DNA of 64,000 bases from Microgenomates group bacterium (GCA_049303675.1 JBAQNJ010000001.1:278994-342993), one strand, 5' to 3'; positions 9,985 through 20,531 are shown, counted from the stretch's first letter. Program-made: numbers and translations. The notes: generated by a model from the letters alone, not told the origin.

Positions 9985-10747
9985 ACAAGATCCAACCATT
10001 TTTATTGTTGCCCAAATCAATTTGAGTCCAATCAGTACTTTGTTGCAGTACCTTATACTTTTCCCCAGGTTTAATTTTTGTAACTTCAGTTCCACTACTA
10101 TTTGCGCTACTTCTGACTCTGAGCCACCCAGTTTCTGTCTCCAATATCCTCAGCATTTTTTCACCAGTTACTTCAGTTGGAGTTGGCACAGTCGTTGTCA
10201 CCGCCTGAACTTTTTCTTCAATTAAATCGGCATCAATTACCAACTGATAGCCGTTCACCATTCGAATGTATGAATTTATACTTTTGTGTCCGGGGTAGGA
10301 GATAGTTAACTTTCTGTCTCCCTCACCAATGTCTTCTAGTCGAATTGGCGAAAATCCCTTTACCTCATCATCTATCAGGACGGTCGACCGGTCAGGTCGC
10401 GAGCTCAACATAATTCCTGATTTTTTTGTATCCCCAGTTCCTTCGAAATAGAGCAAGTATCCACCATTTTGGCCATCTTCACTAAATTCACGATTAATAA
10501 CCGTATTTGCCCCGTTTTCCAGATGAACTGTTTTTATCCATTCTTGGCCATTTATCATTAGTTTAACTTTTACTTCCCCTGGCTTGAGTGTATTGCTTTT
10601 ATACGGAGTCATTCCTGCCTCTTTATCGTCTATATATACTTTTGCACTTGGGTAAGAGATTATTTCAATTCCCGATTTAGGAACACTCCAATTACATGCC
10701 GACAGTCCAAATGCCAGTGTCACCAGTATCCACAACTTCAATTTCAT
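9962..10747 (-). CDS. Lipoprotein with C-terminal SH3-like domain
   Basis: MKLKLWILVTLAFGLSAC lipobox; C-terminal W..GWI..Y SH3b-like. Confidence 0.5.
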   Translation of the reverse strand: MKLKLWILVTLAFGLSACNWSVPKSGIEIISYPSAKVYIDDKEAGMTPYKSNTLKPGEVKVKLMINGQEWIKTVHLENGANTVINREFSEDGQNGGYLLYFEGTGDTKKSGIMLSSRPDRSTVLIDDEVKGFSPIRLEDIGEGDRKLTISYPGHKSINSYIRMVNGYQLVIDADLIEEKVQAVTTTVPTPTEVTGEKMLRILETETGWLRVRSSANSSGTEVTKIKPGEKYKVLQQSTDWTQIDLGNNKNGWILSKYAEIL

Positions 10748-10769
10748 AACATCAAGTATACTAAATCAA

Positions 10770-11690
10770 ATGCGTCATTGGCTGATTTTTATTATTATTT
10801 CCTGTTCTTGTATTTTTTTGTCTTATTCTTACTTCTTAAATCATAAATCATATATCATATCCCCAACTGTTTATCAAAATTATATCCCGACAATCACTCC
10901 AACCCCCACACTGTCACCAACTGTGACAGTGGGCTTCGTCGGCGACCTTGGACTAGGCCGACACATCACCAGTACTGCTCGCAATAAAAATGATTTCAGT
11001 TGGAGCTTCACTCAAATTAATCCATGGCTATTGCAAAACGATTTTACCCTCGCCAATTTAGAGTCACCCATTATAACCAATTGTCCCTTAGGAAAAACCG
11101 GTACTTTTACTTTTTGTGGCGACCCAAAATTCATTCCCTACCTTACTCCATTTGTTATGAACCTCAACAATAACCATATTCTCAACTATGGTCTCGACGG
11201 TCTAAACCAGACAAAAAAATATTTACCCGACACCAGTTTTTACGACAATTTTTATATTAAAAAAGTGAATGGAATTTCTTTTGGATTTCTAGGATATGAT
11301 TTTATTACCTATCCACTCCAAGACAAACAGAAAATACTCAACGCTATAAGGTTGGCTAAACCACAGGTTGATTTTCTAGTGATATCCATTCACTGGGGTA
11401 ATGAGTATCTACCCCAACCAGAAAAATGGCGAGTAGAGTTGGCTCATCAAATGATCGATGCTGGGGCCGATTTTATTCATGGCCATCATCCTCATGTTTG
11501 GCAGGGGGTCGAGACTTACAAGGATAAATTAATTTTTTATTCTTTTGGCAACTTTATTTTTGACCAGAGTTGGTCCTACGAGACATCCCATTCCCAAATC
11601 GCCCGAGTTACTTTTGGCGACAATAAAATAAATTATGAATTATTTCCCATTGAGATCCGTTTTAACTCCCAACCCCGTCTAATACCTTGA
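10770..11690 (+). CDS. CapA/PgsA-family metallophosphatase (poly-gamma-glutamate capsule synthesis-like)
   Basis: ISIHWGNEY...HGHHPHVWQG...SFGNFIFDQ motifs of CapA (PGA_cap). Confidence 0.75.
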   Translation: MRHWLIFIIISCSCIFLSYSYFLNHKSYIISPTVYQNYIPTITPTPTLSPTVTVGFVGDLGLGRHITSTARNKNDFSWSFTQINPWLLQNDFTLANLESPIITNCPLGKTGTFTFCGDPKFIPYLTPFVMNLNNNHILNYGLDGLNQTKKYLPDTSFYDNFYIKKVNGISFGFLGYDFITYPLQDKQKILNAIRLAKPQVDFLVISIHWGNEYLPQPEKWRVELAHQMIDAGADFIHGHHPHVWQGVETYKDKLIFYSFGNFIFDQSWSYETSHSQIARVTFGDNKINYELFPIEIRFNSQPRLIP

Positions 11691-12270
11691 GCACCTCAAT
11701 CGGTTTTTTCACTGTGGCCACCACTCTTTTCTCTTTTTCTTCAAAGTGCATTTTAGTTACTAGATCTTTTACAACAGCTTCCCATTCTTTGCCCACAAAA
11801 ATTAATGGCTCATGATGCCCATACTCAAATTTAGCCAGTTCCCACACCAACCCCACCTCCGCCAAAGTACCTGTCCCTCCACGAAAAACTACAAAAGCAT
11901 CGGCAATCTCCACTAGCTTGGTTACTCGCTCTTCAATATTGTTAGTTATAGTAACTTTACTGGCATACTCCATGTTTTTATTGTCATTCCCTTCATAATT
12001 ATTTGGCTCCCTCTTCGGATCTATAATCACCAATTCAACCCTTCCCCCTGCCTCTCTCGCTCCTTCAGTCGCTGCCCCCATAATTCCTGGGCCACCTCCA
12101 TTTACTATGGTATATCCATTTTCTGCCAACAATTTAGCCGTATTTCGCGCCAATTTATAAGTATGATCTTTTTCAGCTATATCAGCATCACCAAAAAATG
12201 CCACTCTCTTTATAATCTTATTTGTTTTTTGTAGCATCTTTTTTGTGAAATAGTTTAATTTTTGTATCAA
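11662..12270 (-). CDS. LOG-family Rossmann protein (cytokinin riboside 5'-monophosphate phosphoribohydrolase-like)
   Basis: TIVNGGGPGIMGA...FRGGTGTLAE...PLIF motifs. Confidence 0.8.
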   Translation of the reverse strand: MIQKLNYFTKKMLQKTNKIIKRVAFFGDADIAEKDHTYKLARNTAKLLAENGYTIVNGGGPGIMGAATEGAREAGGRVELVIIDPKREPNNYEGNDNKNMEYASKVTITNNIEERVTKLVEIADAFVVFRGGTGTLAEVGLVWELAKFEYGHHEPLIFVGKEWEAVVKDLVTKMHFEEKEKRVVATVKKPIEVLKVLDGVGS

Positions 12271-12673
12271 AACTCTTAGATTTAAATTGTTTTGGTAATA
12301 GTTCAGATAATTTTTTTATTTCAAAGTTACTATTCATATCACTAGCAATTATTTCAAAGTCACAATCATTTACCTGGCTAAATTGGGTCAAGTATTGCAG
12401 ACATGCTCCGCACGGATAAGTTATATTGTCATCGACAACACAGATTGCCTTAAAATCATAGTTTCCGTGTACTACTGCATGGTCTATTGCTGACATTTCC
12501 GCACATACCCCTAGACTAGAAATCACCCCCTCTGAGTTACACCCACCATAAATCTCATTATCACTAGTTAGTACTGCCGCCCCAAAACTATGTCCAGACT
12601 TAAAAGAGAAGGCCTTATCTCTGGCTATTTTTGCCGTCACAATTAAACTATTTATTTCTTTGGTTGTTAGCAT
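12218..12673 (-). CDS. cdd: Cytidine deaminase
   Basis: CAEMSAIDHAV and PCGACLQYL zinc-binding motifs (H/CAE...PCGxC). Confidence 0.8.
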   Translation of the reverse strand: MLTTKEINSLIVTAKIARDKAFSFKSGHSFGAAVLTSDNEIYGGCNSEGVISSLGVCAEMSAIDHAVVHGNYDFKAICVVDDNITYPCGACLQYLTQFSQVNDCDFEIIASDMNSNFEIKKLSELLPKQFKSKSFDTKIKLFHKKDATKNK

Positions 12674-13256
12674 CCAGCAGTTTCCAATAATTAACTTCTG
12701 AGTAAATTATATCTGCTCCTGCCTCCACGATTTTTTCATAATTATCTACATCCACCCCACCATCAATTCCCACCCTATAGCCCATATCTTTTACTTTTTT
12801 TATTTTATCCAAGACTTTTCCTTCGAAATCAAAATAGCCAAAACCGGCCCTTCTTCCCATTAGCAATATTATGTCCCAATCTCCCTCAATAGTTTTTACT
12901 TCGGTATCCACATCAAATGCCAGACCTGCCTCCGCCGCCTCATTTTTGACTTTGTCCAAAAACATAGTCTTGTCACTCATCATCTCCGATTGCCCAATTA
13001 TCCTACTGGCGCCCACCTTTACACATTTATTTATCCAATTAATCGGCTCCTTGACCATTAGGTGTACATCCCACAAACTATTTTTTGTCTCAAAATCGAG
13101 CTTGCCGAGCAGTTCTAGTTCAAAAGTTTTCCCCTTTGCAAAGACACTATCGCACACATCTATCTGTATCCAGTTTGAATAATCCCGAATTTGTCTAATT
13201 CTCTCCTCCGCCTCTTCGTATTGTTTTTTTAGTCCAATTGTTGGGATAATCTGCAT
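12648..13256 (-). CDS. Ribulose-phosphate 3-epimerase-like TIM-barrel protein (divergent)
   Basis: Aligns to Rpe: IIPTIG, IQIDVCD (vs HxDVMD), DVHLMV, ILLMGRRAGFG, VGIDGGV, EAGADII; metal-binding His/Met replaced (Q/C). Confidence 0.6.
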   Translation of the reverse strand: MQIIPTIGLKKQYEEAEERIRQIRDYSNWIQIDVCDSVFAKGKTFELELLGKLDFETKNSLWDVHLMVKEPINWINKCVKVGASRIIGQSEMMSDKTMFLDKVKNEAAEAGLAFDVDTEVKTIEGDWDIILLMGRRAGFGYFDFEGKVLDKIKKVKDMGYRVGIDGGVDVDNYEKIVEAGADIIYSEVNYWKLLDANNQRNK

Positions 13257-13265
13257 TTTATATTC

Positions 13266-13296
13266 TGTAGACTGTTAACTGTTCACTGATAACTAT
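13266..13296. repeat. 14-mer repeat family copy (intergenic rpe-like/gap)
   Basis: tgtagactgttaactgttcactgataactat. Confidence 0.7.
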
Positions 13297-14327
13297 TTAC
13301 AAATGTACATAGCCATCTCTATCAACCGACATGAATAGCCGTATTCGTTATCGTACCATGCTCCAATACACACCATATCATCGGCCACTACATTGGTCAT
13401 TCGAGCATCGATAATACATGATCCATTGTTACCAATAATATCCGATGACACCAATGGTTCATAAGATACTTTCACTTTTCCCACTAGTTCTGGGCTCACG
13501 CTAGCCTCTTCGAAAATAGCGTTTACTTCTTCTATGGTTGTTTTTCGGACCATCTTAAAAGTTAAATCGGAATACGAGCCACAGACTACAGGAACTCGGA
13601 TGGCCGTCCCTGCAAACCTCCCTTTTGCCTCAGGATAAGCCGCAATTACCGCCTCCGCCGCCCCAGTGGCTGTCGGGACTATATTTATTGCCGCCGCTCT
13701 TGCTCGTCTTGGGTCTTTTCCCCCACCATCAACTATATTTTGATTGGTAGTATAGGCATGAATTGTTGTCAAAGATCCTTCTTGGAACCCAATTTTTTCA
13801 TCAATCAGTTTGACAATTGGTGCCACACAATTTGTGGTACATGAACCATTGGAAATTAATTCTTCCCCTTTATATCTATTTTCATTTACTCCCAGTATGA
13901 ATACTGGAATTTTTGGATCCTTAGCCGGCGCCGATAATACCACTTTCTTTGCTCCACCTCTAATATGCCCCAACGCTTTTGTGTCATTAAATGCCCCAGT
14001 GCACTCCAACACTACTTCAGCCCCATAATCACCCCAACGAATTTTACTCGGATCCGTTTCACCGAGTAAGGGAATTACTGTTTCCCCGACTGCCAATCTT
14101 CCCAATTCTCCGCCTTTTTGTGGATCAGCTGTTTCTACCTTCATCGGCATCCTGCCATATACCGAGTCATATTTAAATTGCATAGCATAGGCCTCCGCCG
14201 GCAAGTCTCCTTTAGTATTTATCGCCACTACTTCCACATTATATTTTTCCAGTAGTATCGCCCGTAGCACCACCGTTCCAATTCTCCCAAAACCATTAAT
14301 TCCAATTTTTATTTTTTTATTTTCCAT
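13293..14327 (-). CDS. gap: Glyceraldehyde-3-phosphate dehydrogenase
   Basis: IGINGFGRIGT...SNGSCTTNC active-site motif. Confidence 0.9.
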   Translation of the reverse strand: MENKKIKIGINGFGRIGTVVLRAILLEKYNVEVVAINTKGDLPAEAYAMQFKYDSVYGRMPMKVETADPQKGGELGRLAVGETVIPLLGETDPSKIRWGDYGAEVVLECTGAFNDTKALGHIRGGAKKVVLSAPAKDPKIPVFILGVNENRYKGEELISNGSCTTNCVAPIVKLIDEKIGFQEGSLTTIHAYTTNQNIVDGGGKDPRRARAAAINIVPTATGAAEAVIAAYPEAKGRFAGTAIRVPVVCGSYSDLTFKMVRKTTIEEVNAIFEEASVSPELVGKVKVSYEPLVSSDIIGNNGSCIIDARMTNVVADDMVCIGAWYDNEYGYSCRLIEMAMYICK

Positions 14328-14375
14328 AATTCAATTTTATACATAATTCTTAATACTTGATACTAAATACTTTTA

Positions 14376-15434
14376 TTATTCCCATGCTACTAATTTTCCT
14401 TTTGTCAACAGTTCCAACATCATTCCACCACCAGAAGCTATCAAATCAATTTTATCCTTCATTCCCAAATTCTCAATCGATGCAGTTGTATCACCACCAG
14501 CAATTATCTTATAAGCATTTGATTCAGCCACAGCGACAGCTATCTCTTCTGTCCCTTTTTTACAATCTTCTTTTTCGAACCATCCCATCGCTCCCGCCCA
14601 GACTATCATCTTTGATTCACTAATTACTTTTTTAAATTCTTCAATATCCTCCTCGCTCAAATCAAACGTGTCCTCCCTCAACTTAGCAATTTTTATTTTT
14701 CCACTATTCACTGTTAACTGTTCACTATTAACTAAAAGCGGTAATTTACCGCCAATAAGTATGTTATCAGCGATCTTGAGGATTTCAGCAATGTGGTCCA
14801 GTTTGTCTTCCTTTGCTCCCCCTAAAATAATGGTCAAGGGACTAGTCTTTTCCTCCACCACTTTCATTATTTTATTTACCTCTTCAATAAACGCCAGTCC
14901 ATAAAATCCAGGCATCTCTTTATACAACATGTTAGACCTTTCTCTTCGGTGGGACACCGCTAGGGCATCATTCACAAAAAATTGACAAATTTCCACCAAG
15001 TTTTTCAAAAAATCACTGTCATTATTTTCTTCACCCTTCCAAAAACGTAAATTTTCCAAAAACACAATCTGATTTTTAGATATCGCCATATCTAATTTTT
15101 CAAAATTACCCACATCTTCCACAAAAATACTCTCAATCATATTTTCGCCATTTGGTTCAAGTAGCGTCATCAACTCCAAGTAGACAGGTCTAAGTGATAA
15201 CTTTGGATCATAGCCATCAGGCTTGCCCGCCGTAGCCTTGGCGTAGGTGGGTCTACCTAGTTTTCCCACAATCACTATCTTACATTTTTTATCCATCAGT
15301 AACCTTATCGTTGGAATTGACTTAGACAACCTAGCATTGTCCCTCACCATCCCCTCCATCATAGGCACGTCCAAGTCTAGTTTTAGAATTACTTTTGTTT
15401 CTGGTAATATTTCCTCAACCGATCTCAGTTTCAT
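14376..15434 (-). CDS. pgk: Phosphoglycerate kinase
   Basis: KVILKLDLDVPM, GGGMMLELL; likely start MKLRSVEEIL (ORF track extends to 15530); contains in-frame 14-mer repeat insertion (VNSEQLTVNSG). Confidence 0.85.
   Translation of the reverse strand: MKLRSVEEILPETKVILKLDLDVPMMEGMVRDNARLSKSIPTIRLLMDKKCKIVIVGKLGRPTYAKATAGKPDGYDPKLSLRPVYLELMTLLEPNGENMIESIFVEDVGNFEKLDMAISKNQIVFLENLRFWKGEENNDSDFLKNLVEICQFFVNDALAVSHRRERSNMLYKEMPGFYGLAFIEEVNKIMKVVEEKTSPLTIILGGAKEDKLDHIAEILKIADNILIGGKLPLLVNSEQLTVNSGKIKIAKLREDTFDLSEEDIEEFKKVISESKMIVWAGAMGWFEKEDCKKGTEEIAVAVAESNAYKIIAGGDTTASIENLGMKDKIDLIASGGGMMLELLTKGKLVAWE
14702..14734. repeat. 14-mer repeat family copy, in-frame in pgk
   Basis: cactattcactgttaactgttcactattaact (minus strand encodes VNSEQLTVNSG). 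Confidence 0.75.
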
Positions 15435-15861
15435 ACTTTTTAATTTTATTAATTCTTCTGATATACCTCTCCTCAGATCCAAAAGTAGTTGCCAAAAACA
15501 GCGCCATAATCTTTTCGTTATCTTCCACACTTACCGAATCTGCCGACAAGCAAAGTACATTAATATCATCGTCATTTCGAGCCGCCCGCACTAGCTTCTC
15601 CGAAGTGCACAACCCAGCCCGTATTCCTTTGACCTTATTGGCCGCAATCGATGCACCAGCTCCTGAGCCACATACCAATATTCCCTTAACATTTTCCACC
15701 GCCACTTTTTCTGCCAGCTTTATGGCTATATCCGTATAATCATCATCTTTGTCGTACTCGGATGCTCCCAAATCCCTAAATTCATAATGTTCGGATTCCA
15801 ATATTTTTTTTAGTTCTTCCTTGAGTCTAAAGCCTCTATGATCGGCGCCAATATAAATCAT
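15415..15861 (-). CDS. rpiB: Ribose-5-phosphate isomerase B
   Basis: MIYIGADHRGF...GILVCGSGAGASIAANK (RpiB/LacAB). Confidence 0.85.
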   Translation of the reverse strand: MIYIGADHRGFRLKEELKKILESEHYEFRDLGASEYDKDDDYTDIAIKLAEKVAVENVKGILVCGSGAGASIAANKVKGIRAGLCTSEKLVRAARNDDDINVLCLSADSVSVEDNEKIMALFLATTFGSEERYIRRINKIKKYETEIG

Positions 15862-15881
15862 CTATTATAATATTACCATCA

Positions 15882-16574
15882 ATGTCCACTATTTTTCTCA
15901 AAGGCCAGAAATACACTTACCAAGTATCTCGAAAAGCAATCAGCTCCATTACTCTAAAACTAAAATCCCGCCGTTGTTTTATGATGTCCGTCCCCCTATT
16001 TACTCCACAGTTCATGATCAACAACTTTTTACATGAACATACCGACTGGCTTGTCAATAATTCCTCAAAACTAACACCTCAAAAAACCCTCAGAAGGACA
16101 AAACAACTCCAAATTCTTGATAATAGTTATCAATTAATCATCACAAAAACACTGAGGGACTCCGTAGTAATATTCCATGATGAACACAAAATTTATGCAA
16201 ATACCACCTCACTGTCCAACTCTTATCTCAAAAAACTATTTGATACCAAATTTCGCCCCCTATCCTTATCTCTCATCACCCAAGAGATCTCTGATTTGTC
16301 GACTAAACATAGTTTTACTGTTGGCAAGATATCTGTCAAAAACACCACTTCTCGTTTCGGTTCTTGTTCTAGTACCAACAATCTAAATTTTAATTGGCAA
16401 ATAATATTTTTGCCCCGACCCATTTTTATCCACATTCTTCTTCACGAGTTAACTCATACAATCCATCACAATCACTCCTACAAATTTTGGGATCAATTAT
16501 CCCAGTTTGACCCAGACTGGCATTCTCATCGCCAGTATCTTCGCACCCACGCCAGTCTCCATTTTTTGATCTAA
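15882..16574 (+). CDS. YgjP/DUF45-family metal-dependent hydrolase (M48-like)
   Basis: LLHELTHTIHHNHSYKFW = HExxHxxxxNH signature. Confidence 0.7.
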   Translation: MSTIFLKGQKYTYQVSRKAISSITLKLKSRRCFMMSVPLFTPQFMINNFLHEHTDWLVNNSSKLTPQKTLRRTKQLQILDNSYQLIITKTLRDSVVIFHDEHKIYANTTSLSNSYLKKLFDTKFRPLSLSLITQEISDLSTKHSFTVGKISVKNTTSRFGSCSSTNNLNFNWQIIFLPRPIFIHILLHELTHTIHHNHSYKFWDQLSQFDPDWHSHRQYLRTHASLHFLI

Positions 16575-16887
16575 ATTACCGATTTAATCTATTCTTAATT
16601 TGCCCTTGTGTATATTTGGGCTATGATCACCCCACTTCTCCCCAATTCTGTTTTTGATTTTTTTAATCTAATTAGTCATCAATCAGATACAAAAAATCAA
16701 TCAAACAAGATTAACTATTACCGAAAAATAAATTTAGGCATACTCAAATTCGAGTCTTATATTTATCATCATCCCAGTGGTGCCAACTTACCCCGAATTT
16801 CCCTTCATTCCGGCTGGTCTCGCCACCGTCGCCATACTATAATAAAATTCAAGTTAGATCATCTTAGTTATTATTGATAACAAAAAT

Positions 16888-17808
16888 ATGAAGATAGGCT
16901 ATATCGGACTTGGCAAAATGGGTAAAAATATGGTGTTTCGTTTATTAGAACAGAGGATCGACGTTGTCGCTTGGAACAGATCTCCCCAACCAATGGTCGA
17001 AGTTGGTGCCTCTGGAGCCAATACTTCCTCAGATATTATTCATCTTATTTCCCAACTCGAAGCTCCTCGTATTATTTGGCTAATGTTGCCAGCAGGCGAT
17101 GTTACCGACCAAATTATAGATATTTTAATCCCTCTATTAAGCCCCCATGATTTAATCATTGACGGCGCCAATTCTTTTTACAAAGATACACTCAAAAGAG
17201 GTCAGTTATTATCCCAACATTCAATCCGATTTATGGACATTGGTGTTTCCGGTGGTCCGGATGGCGCTCGAAATGGTGCTTGCCTCATGGTCGGAGGAAC
17301 AAGTGAAGACTATCAATATATTTTACCAGTGATTAAGGCCGCCAGTGCCCCGCAAGCCTTTGGCCATTTTGGACCGCTCGGTTCAGGCCACTTTGCCAAA
17401 ATGGTCCACAATGGAATCGAATATGGCATGATGCAGGCCATTGCCGAGGGTGCGGCAGTACTAAAAAATAGCTCATTTGATCTGGATTTAGTTGAAATTT
17501 TTCGAGTCTATGGACTAGGTTCAGTTATTTCCTCTCGCTTAGTTGATTGGACCCGAGAAGCATTGGAAGATGATATAAATTTAGTCAATATATCCGCCAA
17601 AATAAATGCCTCTGGTGAAGGGGAGTGGACAGTTAAAACAGCTCACGAGCTAGGAATCGAAGTGCCAATTATTGAAAAGTCTTTAGATATTCGTACGGCT
17701 TCTCAAACTGAAAGCAGTGATTCACCCAATTCCTTTCGCAACAAGGTTGTTTCCGCCCAAAGAGGCAAATTCGGTCATCATCCAGTCACCAAAAGCGAAG
17801 AGGTGTAA
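16888..17808 (+). CDS. 6-phosphogluconate dehydrogenase (decarboxylating), short NAD-binding form
   Basis: MKIGYIGLGKMGKNMVFRL Rossmann N-terminus; HNGIEYGMMQAIAEG; TATAAT at about 16838 upstream. Confidence 0.8.
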   Translation: MKIGYIGLGKMGKNMVFRLLEQRIDVVAWNRSPQPMVEVGASGANTSSDIIHLISQLEAPRIIWLMLPAGDVTDQIIDILIPLLSPHDLIIDGANSFYKDTLKRGQLLSQHSIRFMDIGVSGGPDGARNGACLMVGGTSEDYQYILPVIKAASAPQAFGHFGPLGSGHFAKMVHNGIEYGMMQAIAEGAAVLKNSSFDLDLVEIFRVYGLGSVISSRLVDWTREALEDDINLVNISAKINASGEGEWTVKTAHELGIEVPIIEKSLDIRTASQTESSDSPNSFRNKVVSAQRGKFGHHPVTKSEEV

Positions 17809-17820
17809 TATAATCTCTGT

Positions 17821-18684
17821 ATGTTCACACCCCAAAAATCAAAAACACTTTTATTTTTATTAATTTTAGTTTGGTTCCCTCTTTCGTGGTTTATTATTCA
17901 GTTACCCATCTCCCAATTTAACTCTGTCTTACAAAACGCCCCCAAGTACATCAATGAAAACTTATTAATCAAATATCCTACCGATTTAATTATCACTCTC
18001 AAGTCCGGACAAGTTTCCCTCAATCAGCCCTCACCTTATTGTCTTGTCCTAGATGATAAGTCCAATAGTGGTGTCGTTTTTGATACTGCCCTGACCGGTG
18101 CCCCAAATCCAGCCGATCTTGGTGCAAACGGTAAATATTCTCAACTTTGCACGCCTATGGGTATAATTGGCCGCCAATTTGTCCTCTATCCTGACAAAGA
18201 AAACTCCTACAAAGTTACCCAAATTAGTCCCGACCTAAATTACACCATCGACAAACCTGCCATCACCAAGTTTGTCGATCAATATTTACCCAATCTCCTC
18301 AGTTTCGCCAAGAGTGGTTACTATTTTGGTCCAATTATTCTGGCACTATTTGCCTATCTCTATTTTTTATTGATCAATACGTGGTATACCCTTGTCACCC
18401 GTTTTTTTACACGAGTTCTCAAAATTTCCACTTCGTATCCAGTCGATCAAATTTTTAACTTAACTTTATTTTTCTATACTTTTGTCTTAGCCTTTGATTG
18501 GATAATCATTGGCTACTTTGTCCACACCTTAGCTGGTTTGACCAACGTCTCCGCCATTTTCTTCCTGCGGAATACTATCGTGATTACACTGTTGTCTTTG
18601 TATTACCAAACTTCCCGTCCACCTATAGTTCCATCTCAATCCCCACTGGACAGTGGTCCGAGCCCATTACCTCCGGCAGTATAA
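17821..18684 (+). CDS. Hypothetical membrane protein
   Basis: 287 aa with several hydrophobic segments. Confidence 0.4.
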   Translation: MFTPQKSKTLLFLLILVWFPLSWFIIQLPISQFNSVLQNAPKYINENLLIKYPTDLIITLKSGQVSLNQPSPYCLVLDDKSNSGVVFDTALTGAPNPADLGANGKYSQLCTPMGIIGRQFVLYPDKENSYKVTQISPDLNYTIDKPAITKFVDQYLPNLLSFAKSGYYFGPIILALFAYLYFLLINTWYTLVTRFFTRVLKISTSYPVDQIFNLTLFFYTFVLAFDWIIIGYFVHTLAGLTNVSAIFFLRNTIVITLLSLYYQTSRPPIVPSQSPLDSGPSPLPPAV

Positions 18685-19393
18685 AAGCATTTTTTAAATT
18701 GGGGAGTAGTTTATTATCTACAAAAAAATAATCAATTCTCCATCCCACATTTCTCAATCTGGCTTTAGTGATTTGATCCCACCAACTATAATTTTCCGGC
18801 TCTTTATTGAATTCTCTAAATGTATCCACCCAGCCATTTTCTACCAATTTGTCTATCCATCGTCTCTCTATATCCAAAAATCCCGAAGTCTTCGAATTTT
18901 CCTTGGGTCGACTCAGATCAATTTCAGTGTGGGCCGTATTCACATCTCCACAAAAAATTACCCTCTCCCCATTATCTCTCAAATTATTTATATATTTCAA
19001 AAAATATTCATAAAAATCCATTTTATATTGCAGTCGACCCTTATCTCTTTTTCCGTTAGGAAAATAGACATTGAGTAGTGTAAATTCATCATATTTGGCA
19101 ATTATTACCCGCCCCTCTCCATCCCAATCATTATCTCTATCTCCATTAATTATTACTTTTGGCTCCAGTTTGGAAAATATCCCCACTCCAGAATATCCCG
19201 CTTTTTCCGCATCATTTAGGAAGAATCTATATTCTGCCGGTGCTCCCATTGGCACTTGTTCAAATTTCGCCTTGCATTCCTGAAGACAATAAATCTCTGC
19301 CTTGTCCTTGGCTACAAACTCATACAACCCCTTTTTTATCGCTGCCCTTATCCCCGCCACGTTCCATGAGATTATTCGTATTTTTTGACTCAT
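18623..19393 (-). CDS. xth: Exodeoxyribonuclease III / AP endonuclease
   Basis: MSQKIRIISWNVAGIRAA...LQECK...GDHCP motifs. Confidence 0.85.
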   Translation of the reverse strand: MSQKIRIISWNVAGIRAAIKKGLYEFVAKDKAEIYCLQECKAKFEQVPMGAPAEYRFFLNDAEKAGYSGVGIFSKLEPKVIINGDRDNDWDGEGRVIIAKYDEFTLLNVYFPNGKRDKGRLQYKMDFYEYFLKYINNLRDNGERVIFCGDVNTAHTEIDLSRPKENSKTSGFLDIERRWIDKLVENGWVDTFREFNKEPENYSWWDQITKARLRNVGWRIDYFFVDNKLLPNLKNAFILPEVMGSDHCPVGIEMEL

Positions 19394-19779
19394 ATTTTTT
19401 CGGAAAACATTAATACATAGCCACTATTGTCCTTCATTGAAAATTCTTTTGATCCGTAAAAGGTTGTATGTTTTTCAGCGACTATCTCAACTTTACCTTT
19501 TACCTTTTCATACAGCTCATCCAATCCTTCAAGCTCAATATATTGAACTACACTTCCACCAATACTTTTTGTCTTAAACTCGACAATTTCTTCTCCCATA
19601 CTTTCGGGAGTCATAAACATAAACCCAACTTCACTTTCTGGCCACATGACATTAGCCCACACTAGGTCGCCTTCCCCGACACTGTTGGTTAATTCAAAAC
19701 CCAATACACTAGTATAAAAGTCGACAGATTCTTTAATGTTCCTAACCACCAACTCTGGAGTTAATCTTTTTATTTTCAT
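19390..19779 (-). CDS. Glyoxalase/VOC-family protein
   Basis: ELVVRNIKESVDFYTSVLGFEL VOC signature. Confidence 0.7.
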   Translation of the reverse strand: MKIKRLTPELVVRNIKESVDFYTSVLGFELTNSVGEGDLVWANVMWPESEVGFMFMTPESMGEEIVEFKTKSIGGSVVQYIELEGLDELYEKVKGKVEIVAEKHTTFYGSKEFSMKDNSGYVLMFSEKI

Positions 19780-19797
19780 AACAAATTATATAGTATG

Positions 19798-20151
19798 CTA
19801 TATTTCACCCCTCAGCCACCTAATTCTTTCTATATATTCATCATAATTTCGCAACTCTCCGTTTTTCTCAAAAGTATATCTCGCTCCCCGAATATCCATC
19901 TTGGCTTGTTCGCTTGCCTCCACCACTTCTACCTCAATTGCTGTTCTCAATCCAATTTCCAATGCTCTGGCAATCCTATGATGACCAAATTTGACATACA
20001 GGTTACCGTCCCCAGTATCCTCCAAAACAACTCCTTCAAAATTAATATCTCCAATTTGTTTAGCCCTAGCCAAATCACGGGCAGAATTGTATCTAGGGTA
20101 ATCAGTGGGGATTATTTTTTCTTTATCGAGAATAACCATTTTTCTGGTCAT
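19798..20151 (-). CDS. ParB-like nuclease domain protein
   Basis: 117 aa; GHHRIARALEIG (GHHR ParB/Srx motif). Confidence 0.55.
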   Translation of the reverse strand: MTRKMVILDKEKIIPTDYPRYNSARDLARAKQIGDINFEGVVLEDTGDGNLYVKFGHHRIARALEIGLRTAIEVEVVEASEQAKMDIRGARYTFEKNGELRNYDEYIERIRWLRGEI

Positions 20152-20195
20152 GTCCGATTATAGTCCTTCTTACCTAGATTAGCATGATTATTATT

Positions 20196-20245
20196 GATAT
20201 AATCCCACAGTAACCCGGTGATAGTCCCGCCGCTGCGGGACGGTT
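20196..20245 (+). repeat. Partial duplicate of tRNA-Tyr promoter + 5' part (acceptor to D-arm) with inserted GC hairpin tcccgccgctgcggga
   Basis: tgatataat...cagtaacccggtgatag[tcccgccgctgcgggac]ggttatgc matches 20510..20556 except hairpin replaces caaagc. Confidence 0.7.
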
Positions 20246-20512
20246 ATGCAAATAATGTATTATGTCTATATTTTAAAAAGTTTGGTTGACGGAAAAATTT
20301 ATACAGGTTTTACTTCTGACCTAAAGCACCGATATCAACAACATTTAGACGGAATGGTTTTTTCGACCAAAAATCGTCGACCACTTAAACTAATTTATTA
20401 CGAAGCTTTTTTATCAAAAATAGATGCAGCAAAACAAGAAAAGTATCTAAAGTCAGGTGGTAAAGCAAAAATTGATTTAAAAACAAAAATAAAAAATAGC
20501 TTAGAACTTTGA
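20246..20512 (+). CDS. GIY-YIG nuclease domain protein
   Basis: MYYVYILKSLVDGKIYTGFTSDLKHRYQQHLDG...KYLKSGGKAK; GIY-YIG with conserved R/H and E-bearing region. Confidence 0.65.
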   Translation: MQIMYYVYILKSLVDGKIYTGFTSDLKHRYQQHLDGMVFSTKNRRPLKLIYYEAFLSKIDAAKQEKYLKSGGKAKIDLKTKIKNSLEL

Positions 20513-20518
20513 TATAAT
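20510..20518 (+). promoter_or_regulatory. Extended -10 (TGaTATAAT) for tRNA-Tyr
   Basis: tgatataat 14 nt upstream of tRNA 5' end; identical copy at 20196. Confidence 0.45.
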
Positions 20519-20531
20519 TTGGCTCAGTAAC